DNA of 64,000 nucleotides from Gammaproteobacteria bacterium (lineage in GTDB: Bacteria; Pseudomonadota; Gammaproteobacteria; CBDBNL01; JAAOII01), in assembly GCA_965207945.1 (NCBI GenBank), contig OZ242303.1, positions 61,199 to 125,198 of the forward strand, in the 5' to 3' direction. The notes beneath the pieces are model-generated. The model saw nothing but the letters and a program-made list of their open reading frames with translations. It was not told where the DNA came from and ran no database searches. The position numbers were made by a program, and so were the translations under genes. Shown piece by piece: positions 46,356-57,195 of this stretch; position 1 is the first letter of the stretch; the number at the start of each line of letters is the position of its first letter.

Positions 46356-48908
46356 ATGAGGAGGAAGTTCATAGAGAAGCTTATTAAGTTTCAGGCGGCA
46401 TTGATGCCGTGGCATGTCTTTAACAAACATAACATAAGCATTGTAATTTTATCATTTATGGCTTTAGTGCTAACATCTTGTGGTTCAAGCGATAATTCTG
46501 GGACTACGCGCCCGTTTGTCAACGAAGTTATTTCAGTGGAACAAAATGCGCCTATACTGGATAATGAGGGCAATCTGGAAAGAAGCGGACATCTTTTTGT
46601 TAGCTTATCCGTAGACGAATTATTTTGGCGGCAGGTATCACAGGCAACAAGTAAAATAGAAGTTGTTAATGAAGATACTGAAGAGAGTGTAGAAATAACG
46701 GTTCCCCTTGCCTATCTGGCAAATAGCTGGAGGGTTGATTTTGGTTTTGTCTATCCTGGCAACTATACCCTTGCCGCAACCTTTTCTCGTGTAGATGGCG
46801 TAAATATAAACGGCACAGACATTGCTTATATTGAAACTCCTATTCAGATTACTCAGGGCGAAGAAGAAAACTCCTTCATTTATTTTGATGTAGATTCTGC
46901 TCTTATTATAATTCCACCGCAGAGGTTAGTGGACACAGATGGTAACGGTCTGCTGGAAATAATAGATATGGCTCAATTTGAAGATGTCCGTGGAAATCCA
47001 AACGGCAACTATGAGTTGACGCGTGATTTTGACCTGACGAGATACCTCAATTACAAAACTCCTATTGACTCCATGGACTATAGATTAGGACGTAGCTTTG
47101 GGAAATGGCAGCCCATCGGCAAAGATGAGTTTACTCCTTTTACTGGCATATTTGAAGGTAACGGTTATACCATTAGCGGCGTTTCCGTTGAGGGGTTTGA
47201 GTATACTGGCTTTTTTGGCTATGTTAGGGGAGCAACAATTAGCAACACTGACTTTAACATAACGAGCATCAGCGGCAATTCTCATGTTGGCGGTTTAGCG
47301 GGCATTGCAACAACTAATAGCCGCATCAGCAATGTGAATGTTACTATAAGTGGAGATTTATCTAGCACAGCTTTAAATGACAAAGATAACTTATTTGTCG
47401 GTGGTCTACTCGGAAAGGGTGATGATATTTTTATGGTTGATTCTTATGCTACTATTGAGGGGGATATCTATGCAAGTGGCGGAGCTTCATCGCGAGTAGG
47501 TGGATTAGCTGGCAACATATATCGCAGCATAATTCAAAACCCTAAGGTCAGGGTTGCTGGAGATATACTATTGTCTGCAACTGGGGATGATTCATTAGGT
47601 GGAGGATTGGCTGGCATGTCAGAGCAAAACCAAATAATCAATCCGCAAATTACGGTTGGCGGCAAAATATCTTCTTTCCCAGTTCTTGAGTCCGCTAGTA
47701 ATTTTGTAGGTTCTTTTAAGTTAGGTGGCATGGCAGGCATAGCTTATGATACTGATATTAAAAATATTACTATTGAAGTTGATAATGGTATCATGGCTCA
47801 ATCCGCAGGGTATTCCTACTTGGGCGGTTTAGCCGGAGATATGGATGGCACGGATATACAAGAGGCACTTATTCGTATAGGTCAACCTATCAGTGCTGAA
47901 CTGTTAGATAGTGGCAGCTGGGTTGGAGGCGTGGCAGGAAGTGCCCGTAATGCTCTGGTGAATGCTACCGATGTGATTGTTGATGATCTAAAGATTACCT
48001 CTTCTGCACAAGCTAATAATTATGGCGGCGGCTTATTCGGCTTTGCTCGCCAAGTTGATATGGCTTCTATAGTTTTATCCGTAGAAGAGGTTGATGTTTC
48101 TGCGATTAATCATAATGCTTTTGCTGCTGGTTTGATTGGTGTTAGTGAGGATAATAATATCAACAAAGTGTCTATGTCCGTAAATAAGATCACTGCCTCT
48201 GCCCCACGTTCAGAGGGCTACAGCAGCGGCTTGATAGGGGTATCGGATGGCGATGAAATTACTGATGTATTTTTGGGCACCTCCTCTACCATAAATGCTG
48301 TTGGGCGGACAACTACCTCAGCAACAGGAGGGATTGGTTCTTTTGTTGACGGCACTCTATCATCATCATATTTTCTTATGGGTGGTAATATACACTCATT
48401 ATCAATGGGTGAAGTTAATGAGTTGGCTAATACTTATGCATCAGGAGTTGTAGGGTTTTGTAGTTTTTGTGAGATGAGTAACATTTATGTAGAGGCGGAA
48501 AGAAATATAAGCGCTTCCGCGACAGGAACGGTCTCAGTCGGCGGCATTATAGGAGCAGCAAGTTCTGCTTCAGTTATTACAAACTCTTACGCGGTTATCA
48601 GGGGAGATATATCTGCGCCTTACCCTCATTCTTATACTGGTGGATTAGCAGGATGGATATTAAATGGTGAGCTGGCAGCAACTGGAGTTTATTATCTGGC
48701 AAATCGCGCCACAAGCCAGAACAGTGGTATTTTTGAGAGTTCAGCTGGTGAGGCACGTAGTTTGCAACAGCTAAGTTGTCCTACTGCACCCAATGCCAGC
48801 TGCGAACTCCAGGGAAATGGCGTTACCTATTCTGATTGGGATGAGAGTATATGGAACTTTGGCACGACAGACGATCTGCCAGAATTACGGATTTTTCAAA
48901 ATTTTTAA
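46356..48908 (+). CDS. P3: GLUG-repeat surface lipoprotein (850 aa).
   Basis: GGAGG Shine-Dalgarno, lipobox VLTSC, the W(Q)PIG…FTGIFEGNGYTISGVS module, then GGLAG/GGLVG beta-helix-type repeats. The conserved C-terminus is ELQGNGVTYSDWDESIWNFGTTDDLPELRIF. Confidence 0.75.
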   Translation: MRRKFIEKLIKFQAALMPWHVFNKHNISIVILSFMALVLTSCGSSDNSGTTRPFVNEVISVEQNAPILDNEGNLERSGHLFVSLSVDELFWRQVSQATSKIEVVNEDTEESVEITVPLAYLANSWRVDFGFVYPGNYTLAATFSRVDGVNINGTDIAYIETPIQITQGEEENSFIYFDVDSALIIIPPQRLVDTDGNGLLEIIDMAQFEDVRGNPNGNYELTRDFDLTRYLNYKTPIDSMDYRLGRSFGKWQPIGKDEFTPFTGIFEGNGYTISGVSVEGFEYTGFFGYVRGATISNTDFNITSISGNSHVGGLAGIATTNSRISNVNVTISGDLSSTALNDKDNLFVGGLLGKGDDIFMVDSYATIEGDIYASGGASSRVGGLAGNIYRSIIQNPKVRVAGDILLSATGDDSLGGGLAGMSEQNQIINPQITVGGKISSFPVLESASNFVGSFKLGGMAGIAYDTDIKNITIEVDNGIMAQSAGYSYLGGLAGDMDGTDIQEALIRIGQPISAELLDSGSWVGGVAGSARNALVNATDVIVDDLKITSSAQANNYGGGLFGFARQVDMASIVLSVEEVDVSAINHNAFAAGLIGVSEDNNINKVSMSVNKITASAPRSEGYSSGLIGVSDGDEITDVFLGTSSTINAVGRTTTSATGGIGSFVDGTLSSSYFLMGGNIHSLSMGEVNELANTYASGVVGFCSFCEMSNIYVEAERNISASATGTVSVGGIIGAASSASVITNSYAVIRGDISAPYPHSYTGGLAGWILNGELAATGVYYLANRATSQNSGIFESSAGEARSLQQLSCPTAPNASCELQGNGVTYSDWDESIWNFGTTDDLPELRIFQNF

Positions 48909-48933
48909 TATGATTAACAGGGAGGATTAATTT

Positions 48934-51690
48934 ATGCAAGCGGAGGTTATTAAAACAAGGGCTATTATGGCTGTCTTGTTGCTGGCAGCACTGTTCAGCG
49001 GCTGCAGTTCCAGCAGTAAATCAAACAGCAGTGGGGCGTCACAGAATCCAGCGCAGAGTCGCGGGGAAGCCAGGGAAGAGCTGGGGACGATAAAAGAACC
49101 GGCTTCAAGTGGCGAGATAAACAATGAATATAGTCCAGGCAGTGGGCGTCTTATTGTTAAGTTGGAAATTCTTGATAACTTAATTAGTTATGAGCAGGTA
49201 TCGTATGCGCGAGTCCATATAACTCCGCAGGACCTGACGGGCAAGGTGGGAGAATATTTATCGCTGCCAGAAGATTCCGCACCACAAGATGAGATTCCAC
49301 TTGACATTGATGCCTCGCTGGGCATTGATGTAGCGCTTAGCGTGGGGGATGAAAGCGCCCGTCTGGACTTTGGCTATGTTGCTTTTGGACGCTACATCCT
49401 CAATGCGACAATCTATCATAACAACGGCAGAGCTCTTGCTTATAGCGAATTACTTATTGATGTTGGCTTGGCGGACGATGTCCAAGTTGGCGACTCCCAA
49501 GTTGGCGACTCCCAGATTGACGACACCCAGATTGACGACACCCAAACAGGCGAAGCAGAAGTTCCAATAGAGTATATTCGTCCGAATCCTGATGCGACAG
49601 ATACCGCTTTAGCGGAATATACAGCTACACTCATTTTTGATTTATCTTCGGCTTTGTTTCGTCTGGTAACTCTGCCGTTAGTTTTTACTGATGATGATAA
49701 TGATGGACTACTGGATGTCTGGCATCCCGCCTATCTTGCAGCAATTGCTAATGACTTAGATGGCGGATTGGATGGCAGCTATGAACTGACAGAAGATATT
49801 GACTTATCTTCCTATGATAACCGGGGAAACTGGGACAACCGGGGAAACTGGCAGCCACTGGGCAGTGAAGAGCAGCCCTTTAGGGGAACTTTTGTTGGCA
49901 ATGGTCATAGCATTAGAGGTCTCTCCGTCAAGGGACATAGCAGAGCCGGCTTATTCGCCGCTTTAGATGGAGCGAGCGTAAGAGACCTGATGGTTGAGGT
50001 GTGGCAGATTAATGCATCTAACTATAATGATGCTTCATATAGCGCTGGTTTTGCGGGAGCTGTTGCGGGGCTTGCCACTCATAGTACTTTTGCCAACATT
50101 ACAGTTGAGATGAATTCTTATGACGATGAATCACCATACATAACTGCATTTGCACAAGATGGTGTAACTTATGTTGGTGGCTTGGTTGGCCGCGTCAGGA
50201 ATAGCGTCATAGATAACACAACAATTATGGCGAACGGCATAATATCAGCCATGTCATTGGGAGATGACTATAGGGCACGTTCTTACGTTGGTGGATTGGC
50301 TGGATTAGTTAATCTATTCAATGAAATTACAAATGTTGAAGTTGTTGGGGAAGTTGATTTGCTGGCGAGCAGCTTTGATGGGGTATCAATGGGTGGTCTG
50401 ATAGGGTCGCTAACAAGGAGTGAAGTTAGTGCGGCAAGGGTTGCACTTAGCGGCGACATAATATCTTATAGTGATAATAATTATTTATTATCTGGCGGCG
50501 CAGTGGGAGAATGCAGCAGCTCTCCTATTGTTGATATGAATATTTTTGTTGAAGGAAATATACTGGCGGAATCATCCGGGGGTGGTGGTGATGTCTATGT
50601 TGGCGGAGCTATTGGGGAAGCAGACCGTTGCAACATTATCAATTTAAAAACAGATACTTATGGGACCATTAGCACTACAGGCAGTTATGCGGATAGAACT
50701 TATTTTAGCACAGGAGGTTTAGTGGGTTTTAGTCAACGGACGGAAACTAATCATGTTACGGTTACGCATAATGGCGATTTGCTTTCATTGGGTGATTCTT
50801 GCTATGTTGGTGCTGTAGTGGGTTACTCCTATTATGAAATAATGAATAATGTATCCGCAACAATTAATGGCAATCTAATCGCTGGAGCACCTAATAGTGA
50901 AGTTGGTATTTCTTTTAATTGCCATGTCGGGGGTATACTCGGTTATTCAGAAAATCTTATTGTAAGCAATTCTTATGCCATAGTTAATGGAGATGTTCTC
51001 TCTTATGCTAATAATAACCCTGCTAAGGCGGGAGGAATTGTGGGGAAAAATGAGAAAGACATAGAAATTGATAACTCTTATGCATTGATTAAAGGCAACT
51101 TGGCTGCCACTTCATTTTTTGCGCCGACTTATATAGGCGGTTTGGTTGGCGACTCTGATGGTGAGCTGTTGATAGTCCATGATTCTTATGTTCAGATTTT
51201 AGGCAATATAACCCTGCGGAGTATTTTTTCTGAGGATGAAAATGTCTCTTCTGGTGGAAACTTTGTTGGCATAACAAAGGGAGCTTATTTTGCTAACTCT
51301 TATGTTTTTATTGGCGGCAAGGCATCTGCCATAAATATACCGGTGCTCGGCACTTCTTCACCAGCCGTCTTTGGCGGTGCCTGGGGTGAGACAAAGATGA
51401 CTAACAATGACCCATATAGTATAACGTTGAGCTCGTCTTATTATAGGTCGCAGCGCGAGTTAGGTGAGGGTGGTTTTAATAGCGCTGAAGTGGACGGTGA
51501 TGCGATTGATGTAGATCGCAGTGACTTGCAACTACGTTGCCCGCAAGCGGCGGGACAAAATTGCGGAGGAGCCGTAACGCCAGGCAATCCGCAAACTTAT
51601 GTCGGTTGGGATGAGAGCGTATGGGACTTTGGTGCGGCAGACGAACTGCCCAGATTAAGAGTTTTTCCAAGTACTAATTTATTGGATTGA
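48934..51690 (+). CDS. P4: GLUG-repeat surface lipoprotein (918 aa), a member of the near-identical paralog set P4-P8.
   Basis: The GGAGGATTAATTT-ATG ribosome-binding site and lipobox LFSGC are conserved. So are the N-terminal ~130-aa block (GRLIVKLEILDNLISYE…), the DDDNDGLLDVWHPAYLAAIA and NWQPLGSE(E)QPFRGTFVGNGHSI(R/S)GLS module, and the C-terminus QLRCPQAAGQNCGG…TPGNPQTYVGWDESVWDFGAADELPRLRVF. Confidence 0.8.
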   Translation: MQAEVIKTRAIMAVLLLAALFSGCSSSSKSNSSGASQNPAQSRGEAREELGTIKEPASSGEINNEYSPGSGRLIVKLEILDNLISYEQVSYARVHITPQDLTGKVGEYLSLPEDSAPQDEIPLDIDASLGIDVALSVGDESARLDFGYVAFGRYILNATIYHNNGRALAYSELLIDVGLADDVQVGDSQVGDSQIDDTQIDDTQTGEAEVPIEYIRPNPDATDTALAEYTATLIFDLSSALFRLVTLPLVFTDDDNDGLLDVWHPAYLAAIANDLDGGLDGSYELTEDIDLSSYDNRGNWDNRGNWQPLGSEEQPFRGTFVGNGHSIRGLSVKGHSRAGLFAALDGASVRDLMVEVWQINASNYNDASYSAGFAGAVAGLATHSTFANITVEMNSYDDESPYITAFAQDGVTYVGGLVGRVRNSVIDNTTIMANGIISAMSLGDDYRARSYVGGLAGLVNLFNEITNVEVVGEVDLLASSFDGVSMGGLIGSLTRSEVSAARVALSGDIISYSDNNYLLSGGAVGECSSSPIVDMNIFVEGNILAESSGGGGDVYVGGAIGEADRCNIINLKTDTYGTISTTGSYADRTYFSTGGLVGFSQRTETNHVTVTHNGDLLSLGDSCYVGAVVGYSYYEIMNNVSATINGNLIAGAPNSEVGISFNCHVGGILGYSENLIVSNSYAIVNGDVLSYANNNPAKAGGIVGKNEKDIEIDNSYALIKGNLAATSFFAPTYIGGLVGDSDGELLIVHDSYVQILGNITLRSIFSEDENVSSGGNFVGITKGAYFANSYVFIGGKASAINIPVLGTSSPAVFGGAWGETKMTNNDPYSITLSSSYYRSQRELGEGGFNSAEVDGDAIDVDRSDLQLRCPQAAGQNCGGAVTPGNPQTYVGWDESVWDFGAADELPRLRVFPSTNLLD
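49483..49555 (+). repeat. Internal 15-bp x~5 in-frame repeat in P4 (QVGDS QVGDS QIDDT QIDDT QTGEA). Shorter versions occur in P5 (~52273-52310) and P8 (~60511-60565).
   Basis: caagttggcgactcc and cagattgacgacacc units lie head to tail. Confidence 0.8.
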
Positions 51691-51715
51691 CATGATTAAC
51701 AGTGAGGATTAATTC

Positions 51716-54442
51716 ATGCAAGCGGAGGTTATGAAAGCAGGGGGGATTACAACAAAGGGGATTACAACAAGAACTGTTATAGTGTTTTTGTTGCTGGCAG
51801 TCCTGTTCAGTGGCTGCAGTTCTAGCAGCAACTCAGGTGGTGCAAAATCGCCAGGGACGCCACAGCAGCCAGAGCAGAGTCGCGGGGAAGCTAGAGGAGA
51901 AGCTGGCGCGGGGCAACAACCGACTTCAAGCCCAATTTCAAGCGGTGAGATAAACAATGAATATACTCCTGGTAGTGGTCGCCTTATTGTTAAGTTAGAT
52001 ATTCTTGATAACTTAATTAGTTATGAGTCAGTATCGTTTGCGCGAGTATATATAACTCCGCTGGGCATAGATGCTGCGCATGATATTGATGACTCGCTGG
52101 GCATAGATGCCTCGCTTAGCATTGATGTTGCGCTTGATGTGGGAGATGAAAGCGCCCGTCTGGATTTTGGTTATGTTGCTTTTGGACGGTATATCCTCAA
52201 CGCGACAATCTATCACAGCAACGGCAGTGCTCTTGCTTATAGCCAGTCACTTATTGATATTGGTTTGGCGGATGACACCCAAGTTGGCGACACTCAAACA
52301 GGCGAAGCAGAAATCCAAATAGAATATATTCGTCCGAGTCCTGATGCAACAGATCCCAACTTAGCGGAATATACTGCCACGCTCATTTTTGATTTATCTT
52401 CATCTTTATTTCGTCTGGTAACTCTGCCATTAGTTTTTACTGATGATGATAATGATGGACTACTGGATGTTTGGCATCCCGCATATCTTGCGGCAATTGC
52501 TGATGACTTGACTGGTAGTTATGAATTAACGGCAGATTTGGATTTATCCTACTATAACGGTTGGGGTAACTGGCAGCCGCTGGGTAGTGAAGCATTACCT
52601 TTTAGCGGAACTTTTGTCGGCAATGGTCATAGCATTAGCGGACTCTCTAGCAAGGGATATAACAAAGCTGGCTTATTCGCCGTTGTAGAAGGAGCGAGCA
52701 TAACCGACCTTATAGTTGAGGCGTGGCAGATTAATGCATCGGACTATTACTATTCAAACGGTAATTTAAACGGAGATTTAAATGGGGCTTCTTATGCTGG
52801 CGTTGTTGCAGGTCTTGCCCGTTCCAGCACTTTTGCCAACATCACAGTTGTGATGAATTCTTATGACGATGAATCACCATATATAACTGCGTTGGCGCAA
52901 GATGGCGCAACTTATGTTGGTGGTTTGGTTGGTCGCGCCAGCAATAGCATTATAGCTAACACAACAATTGTGGCGAGTGGCATAATATCAGCCAATGCCT
53001 GGGGGAATAATAGTAGAGCGAAATCTTATGCTGGTGGGCTGGCAGGGTTGGTTGATGAAGGCAGTGAAGTTATGAATGTTGCGGTTACTGGGGAAGTTGA
53101 TGTGCGGGCGGACGGATTAACTGAAGCATTATCAGGCAATAAGTATGCTGGCGGTTTGTTAGGTAGAATAAATGATAGCAGAATAAGCGCGGTGAAAGTT
53201 GAGCTTAGTGGCGACATAATAGTTGATAATGGCAATTATTTATCAGCGGGCGGTGCAGTGGGCAACTGCAGGCACTCTTCCGTTGTTGATATGAATATTA
53301 TTATTGCTGGCAATATATTGGCGGAGTATTCTGGCAGGAATAACGATGCGGCTGCTGCTGGAGTACTTGGTGAGGTATTTCGTTGTGACATTACTAATGT
53401 AGTAAGCAAGTTCTTCGGTTTAATCAGCGCTGAAGGTTATGGTTATGTGACTGCAGGAGGGTTAATGGGATATGCTGAATATACGGCAATCAGCAATGTT
53501 AAGGTTACCCACCATGGCGATTTACTCTCATCAGGTGATTATTGCTACGTTGGCGGTTTAGCAGCTTACCACTCTTCATCTACTGCTCCCATACATAATT
53601 CATCCGCAATAATTAATGGCAATATAATTGCGGGGGTACCTAATAGTGAAGTCGGAGTTTACCTTGATTGCGAAGCTGGAGGGATGATTGGTTATTTATC
53701 TGGAGGCACTATTAATAGTTCTTATGCCATAGTTAATGGAGATGTTCGCTCTTATTCTAGTGGTAAACCTTCTGAGGTGGGAGGATTTGTGGGGAGTGGC
53801 ACTGGTGAACTAAAAATTGAGAAATCTTATGCATTGATTAAAGGTAACTTGGTTGCCTCTTCATTTTTTGCGCCAACTTATGTTGGCGGTGTAGTCGGCA
53901 TCTCTTATGGTTCGTTGGTGACAGTCCGCGATTCTTATGTTCATATTTTAGGCAATATAACCCTGCGGAGTATTTTGTCTGAGGATGACGCCATTTCTTA
54001 TGGTGGCAATTTTATCGGCAGAGTAAAGGGAGCTAATTTTGCTAACACTTATGTTTTTATTGGTGGCACGGCATCTGCCATAAATATACCAGAGATCGGT
54101 ACTTCCTCGCCGGCTATCTTTGGCGGCGTTTGGGGTGCTATTTCAAAGAGGACTGCCAATGAATCGCATAATATCACATTTAGCTCTTCTTATTATAGAT
54201 CGCAGCGCGAGCCAAGGGAGGGTGATTTTAACAGCGCTGATGTGGGCGGCGATGCAATTGATGCGGCTCGTAGTGATTTGCAACTACGTTGTCCGCAAGC
54301 GGCGGGACAAAATTGTGGCGGACTCATAACACCAGGCAACCCACAAACTTATGTCGGTTGGGATGAGAACGTATGGGACTTTGGTGCGACGGACGAGCTG
54401 CCCAGATTAAGAGTTTTTCCAAGTACTAATTTATTGGATTGA
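51716..54442 (+). CDS. P5: GLUG-repeat surface lipoprotein (908 aa), paralog of P4.
   Basis: It has the same conserved 5' and 3' blocks and ribosome-binding site as P4, with a divergent central repeat region. Confidence 0.8.
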   Translation: MQAEVMKAGGITTKGITTRTVIVFLLLAVLFSGCSSSSNSGGAKSPGTPQQPEQSRGEARGEAGAGQQPTSSPISSGEINNEYTPGSGRLIVKLDILDNLISYESVSFARVYITPLGIDAAHDIDDSLGIDASLSIDVALDVGDESARLDFGYVAFGRYILNATIYHSNGSALAYSQSLIDIGLADDTQVGDTQTGEAEIQIEYIRPSPDATDPNLAEYTATLIFDLSSSLFRLVTLPLVFTDDDNDGLLDVWHPAYLAAIADDLTGSYELTADLDLSYYNGWGNWQPLGSEALPFSGTFVGNGHSISGLSSKGYNKAGLFAVVEGASITDLIVEAWQINASDYYYSNGNLNGDLNGASYAGVVAGLARSSTFANITVVMNSYDDESPYITALAQDGATYVGGLVGRASNSIIANTTIVASGIISANAWGNNSRAKSYAGGLAGLVDEGSEVMNVAVTGEVDVRADGLTEALSGNKYAGGLLGRINDSRISAVKVELSGDIIVDNGNYLSAGGAVGNCRHSSVVDMNIIIAGNILAEYSGRNNDAAAAGVLGEVFRCDITNVVSKFFGLISAEGYGYVTAGGLMGYAEYTAISNVKVTHHGDLLSSGDYCYVGGLAAYHSSSTAPIHNSSAIINGNIIAGVPNSEVGVYLDCEAGGMIGYLSGGTINSSYAIVNGDVRSYSSGKPSEVGGFVGSGTGELKIEKSYALIKGNLVASSFFAPTYVGGVVGISYGSLVTVRDSYVHILGNITLRSILSEDDAISYGGNFIGRVKGANFANTYVFIGGTASAINIPEIGTSSPAIFGGVWGAISKRTANESHNITFSSSYYRSQREPREGDFNSADVGGDAIDAARSDLQLRCPQAAGQNCGGLITPGNPQTYVGWDENVWDFGATDELPRLRVFPSTNLLD

Positions 54443-54467
54443 TATGATTAGCGGAGAGGATTAATTT

Positions 54468-57170
54468 ATGCCAGCGGGGGTTATGAAAGCAGGAGGGATT
54501 CAAACAGAGAGGATTCAAATCGGGGAGATTCAAACAGGGGGAATTCAAACAGAGAGGATTAAAACAAGGGCTGTTATAGTGTTTATGTTGTTGGCAGTTC
54601 TGTTGCTGACAGCACTGTTCAGCGGCTGCAGTTCCAGCAGCAACTCAGGTGGTGCAAAATCGCCAGGGACGCCACAGCAGCCAGAGCAGAGTCGCGGTGA
54701 AGCGGGAGGAGAAGCTGGCGCGGGACAACAACCGACTTTAAGCCCAATTTCAAGAGGAGTAATAAACAATGAATATACTCCTGGTAGTGGTCGTCTTATT
54801 GTTAAGTTAGAGATTCTTGATAACTTAATTAGTTATGAGTCAGTGTCGTTTGCGCGAGTATATATAACTCCACTGGGCATAGATGCTGCGCAGGATATTG
54901 ATGCCTCGCTTAGCATTGATGTTGCGCTTCGCTTGGGGGATGAAAGTGCCCGTCTGGATTTTGGTTATGTTGCTTTTGGACGCTATCTCCTCAATGCGAC
55001 AATCTATCATAACAACGGCAGTGCTCTTGCTTATAGTGAATTGTTTATTGATGAGACAGATCCCAGCTTAGCGGAGTATACAGCTACGCTCGTTTTTGAT
55101 TTATCTTCGTCTTTGTTTCGTCTGGTAACTCTGCCATTAGCTTTTACTGATGATGATAATGATGGACTACTGGATGTTTGGCATCCCGCCTATCTTGCAG
55201 CAATTGCTGGCGACTTGACTGGTAGTTATGAATTAACGGCAGACCTGGACTTATCCTCCTGGGGCAACTGGCAGCCGCTGGGCAGTAGAGTTCAGCCCTT
55301 TGAAGGAATTTTTGTTGGCAACGGTCATCGCATCAGCGGTCTCTCCAGTCGGGGATATAGCAGCGCCGGCTTATTCGGTGTTGTGGAAGGAGCAAGCATA
55401 ACAGACCTGATGGTTGAGGTGTGGCAGATTAATACATCGGGCTATTATTCTTTAAATGGACATTTTTTAAGCAGTAATTCAAGCAGTAATTCAAGCAGTG
55501 ATTCAAGCGGTGCTTCTTATGCTGGTGCTGTTGCGGGAGCTGTTGTAGGTTTGGCACGTTCTAGTATTCTTGCCAACATCACAGTTATGATGAGTTCTTA
55601 TAATAATGAATTGCCATATATAACTGCATTTGGGCAAAATGAAGCAACTTATGTTGGCGGCTTGGTTGGTCACGCCAGCAATAGCACAATAGCAAACACA
55701 ACAATTATGGCAGCAGGACTAATATCGGGAGCTTCATCAATAGTTAAAAGTTATGCCAAAACTAATGTTGGTGGTTTGGCGGGGTTCGTTGATAATGGTA
55801 GTGATATTATAAATGTTGCGGTTACAGGTAAAGCGGATGTGCAGGCAGGTGGACTCCTTAATGTATTGTCAGGCAATTATATATCTGGCGGACTGTTAGG
55901 GAGAATAAGGCATAGCAGAATGAGAGAGGTAAGAGTTGCACTTAGCAGTGACATAACAACCTATAATGGTAAATTTTTATCAACCGGCGGCGCAGTGGGC
56001 GAATGCTTCAGGTCTTCTGTTGTTGATATAAATATTGTTGTTGCTGGCGATATACTAGCGGAGCATCCGCTCACTAATGGATATGCGTATGCTGGCGGAG
56101 TACTTGGCGAAGCTTATGAGTGCGGCATTACTAATGTAGTAAGTGAGACGTTCGGCTTAATCAGTGCTGTAAGTTCCAGTTTTACGTCTGCAGGAGGGCT
56201 AGTGGGTTATGCCGAATATGTGACAATCAGCAATATTAGGGTTGCCCATCATGGTGATGCATTCTCATCGGGTAAGTATTGCAACGTCGGTGGTTTAATG
56301 GGTTACTACTCTTTTTTAGATGATGAATCCATAAATAATACATCCACAATAATTAATGGCAATCTAATTGCCGGGAAGGATAATAATCCAGCAAGAATTC
56401 ACTTTAATTGCCAGATAGGAGGGATGATTGGTTATTTGGAAGGCGGCGCCATTAATAATTCTTATGCCATAGTTAGTGGAGATGTTCAATTATATTCTAA
56501 TGGAGAGAATGTTGCGGTGGGAGGAATGGTGGGGCGCAGTGCAACAGACATATTGGAGATTACGAATTCTTATGCATTGATTAAAGGCAACTTGGCTGCC
56601 GTTTCATTTTTTGCGCCGGCTTATGCTGGTGGTTTGGTTGGCATCTCTGAGGATAAATTTATGACAGTCCGCAATTCTTATGTTCAAATTTTAGGCAATA
56701 TTACTCTGCGGAGTATTTTGCCAGAGGATGATGCCATCTCTTATGGTGGCAATTTTATTGGATTAGTGGAAAGAGCTAGCGGCAGTTTCACTAACACTTA
56801 TGTTTTTGTTGGCGGCGCGATATCATCTATTCGTGATTCCTTGCCGGCTATCTTTGGCGGCACTCGGGGGAGTATTAGTACTGCCAAAGAATCGCATAAT
56901 ATCACATTTAGCTCGTCTTATTATAGGTCGCAACGCGAGCTAAGCGAGGGTGATTTTAACAGCGCTGAAGTGGGTGGCTATATAACTGATGTGGCTCGCA
57001 GTGATTTGCAACTACGTTGTCCGCAAGCGGCGGGACAAAACTGCGGCGGACCTGTAATGCCGGGTAATCCGAAAACTTATGTTGGTTGGGATGAGAGTGT
57101 ATGGGACTTTGGTGCGGTGGACGAGCTGCCCAGATTACGAGTTTTTTCTCTAATCAATATATTGGATTAA
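54468..57170 (+). CDS. P6: GLUG-repeat surface lipoprotein (900 aa), paralog of P4.
   Basis: It has the same conserved blocks. The signal-peptide n-region carries 5 copies of the 15-bp pentapeptide repeat (GIQTE RIQIG EIQTG GIQTE RIKTR). Confidence 0.8.
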   Translation: MPAGVMKAGGIQTERIQIGEIQTGGIQTERIKTRAVIVFMLLAVLLLTALFSGCSSSSNSGGAKSPGTPQQPEQSRGEAGGEAGAGQQPTLSPISRGVINNEYTPGSGRLIVKLEILDNLISYESVSFARVYITPLGIDAAQDIDASLSIDVALRLGDESARLDFGYVAFGRYLLNATIYHNNGSALAYSELFIDETDPSLAEYTATLVFDLSSSLFRLVTLPLAFTDDDNDGLLDVWHPAYLAAIAGDLTGSYELTADLDLSSWGNWQPLGSRVQPFEGIFVGNGHRISGLSSRGYSSAGLFGVVEGASITDLMVEVWQINTSGYYSLNGHFLSSNSSSNSSSDSSGASYAGAVAGAVVGLARSSILANITVMMSSYNNELPYITAFGQNEATYVGGLVGHASNSTIANTTIMAAGLISGASSIVKSYAKTNVGGLAGFVDNGSDIINVAVTGKADVQAGGLLNVLSGNYISGGLLGRIRHSRMREVRVALSSDITTYNGKFLSTGGAVGECFRSSVVDINIVVAGDILAEHPLTNGYAYAGGVLGEAYECGITNVVSETFGLISAVSSSFTSAGGLVGYAEYVTISNIRVAHHGDAFSSGKYCNVGGLMGYYSFLDDESINNTSTIINGNLIAGKDNNPARIHFNCQIGGMIGYLEGGAINNSYAIVSGDVQLYSNGENVAVGGMVGRSATDILEITNSYALIKGNLAAVSFFAPAYAGGLVGISEDKFMTVRNSYVQILGNITLRSILPEDDAISYGGNFIGLVERASGSFTNTYVFVGGAISSIRDSLPAIFGGTRGSISTAKESHNITFSSSYYRSQRELSEGDFNSAEVGGYITDVARSDLQLRCPQAAGQNCGGPVMPGNPKTYVGWDESVWDFGAVDELPRLRVFSLINILD
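54492..54566 (+). repeat. A 15-bp tandem repeat of 5 copies in the 5' coding end of P6. The same repeat family is present in 2 copies at 51740-51769 (P5), 4 copies at 57205-57264 (P7), 5 copies at 59955-60029 (P8) and 1 degenerate copy in P4.
   Basis: The unit is (g/a)(g/a)gg(g/a)gatt(c/a)aaaca. It is in-frame and encodes the pentapeptide G-I-(K/Q/T)-T-x in the signal-peptide n-region. Confidence 0.85.
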
Positions 57171-57195
57171 TATAATTAACGGAGAGGATTAATTT

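Noticed and set aside
51709-51957. Minus-strand 60-112-aa ORFs recurring at 48927-49124, 51709-51957, 54545-54769 and 59891-60229 across each paralog start.
   Set aside because: They recur only because the plus-strand paralog 5' ends are duplicated. Each is antisense to a lipoprotein signal-peptide region that carries a strong ribosome-binding site.
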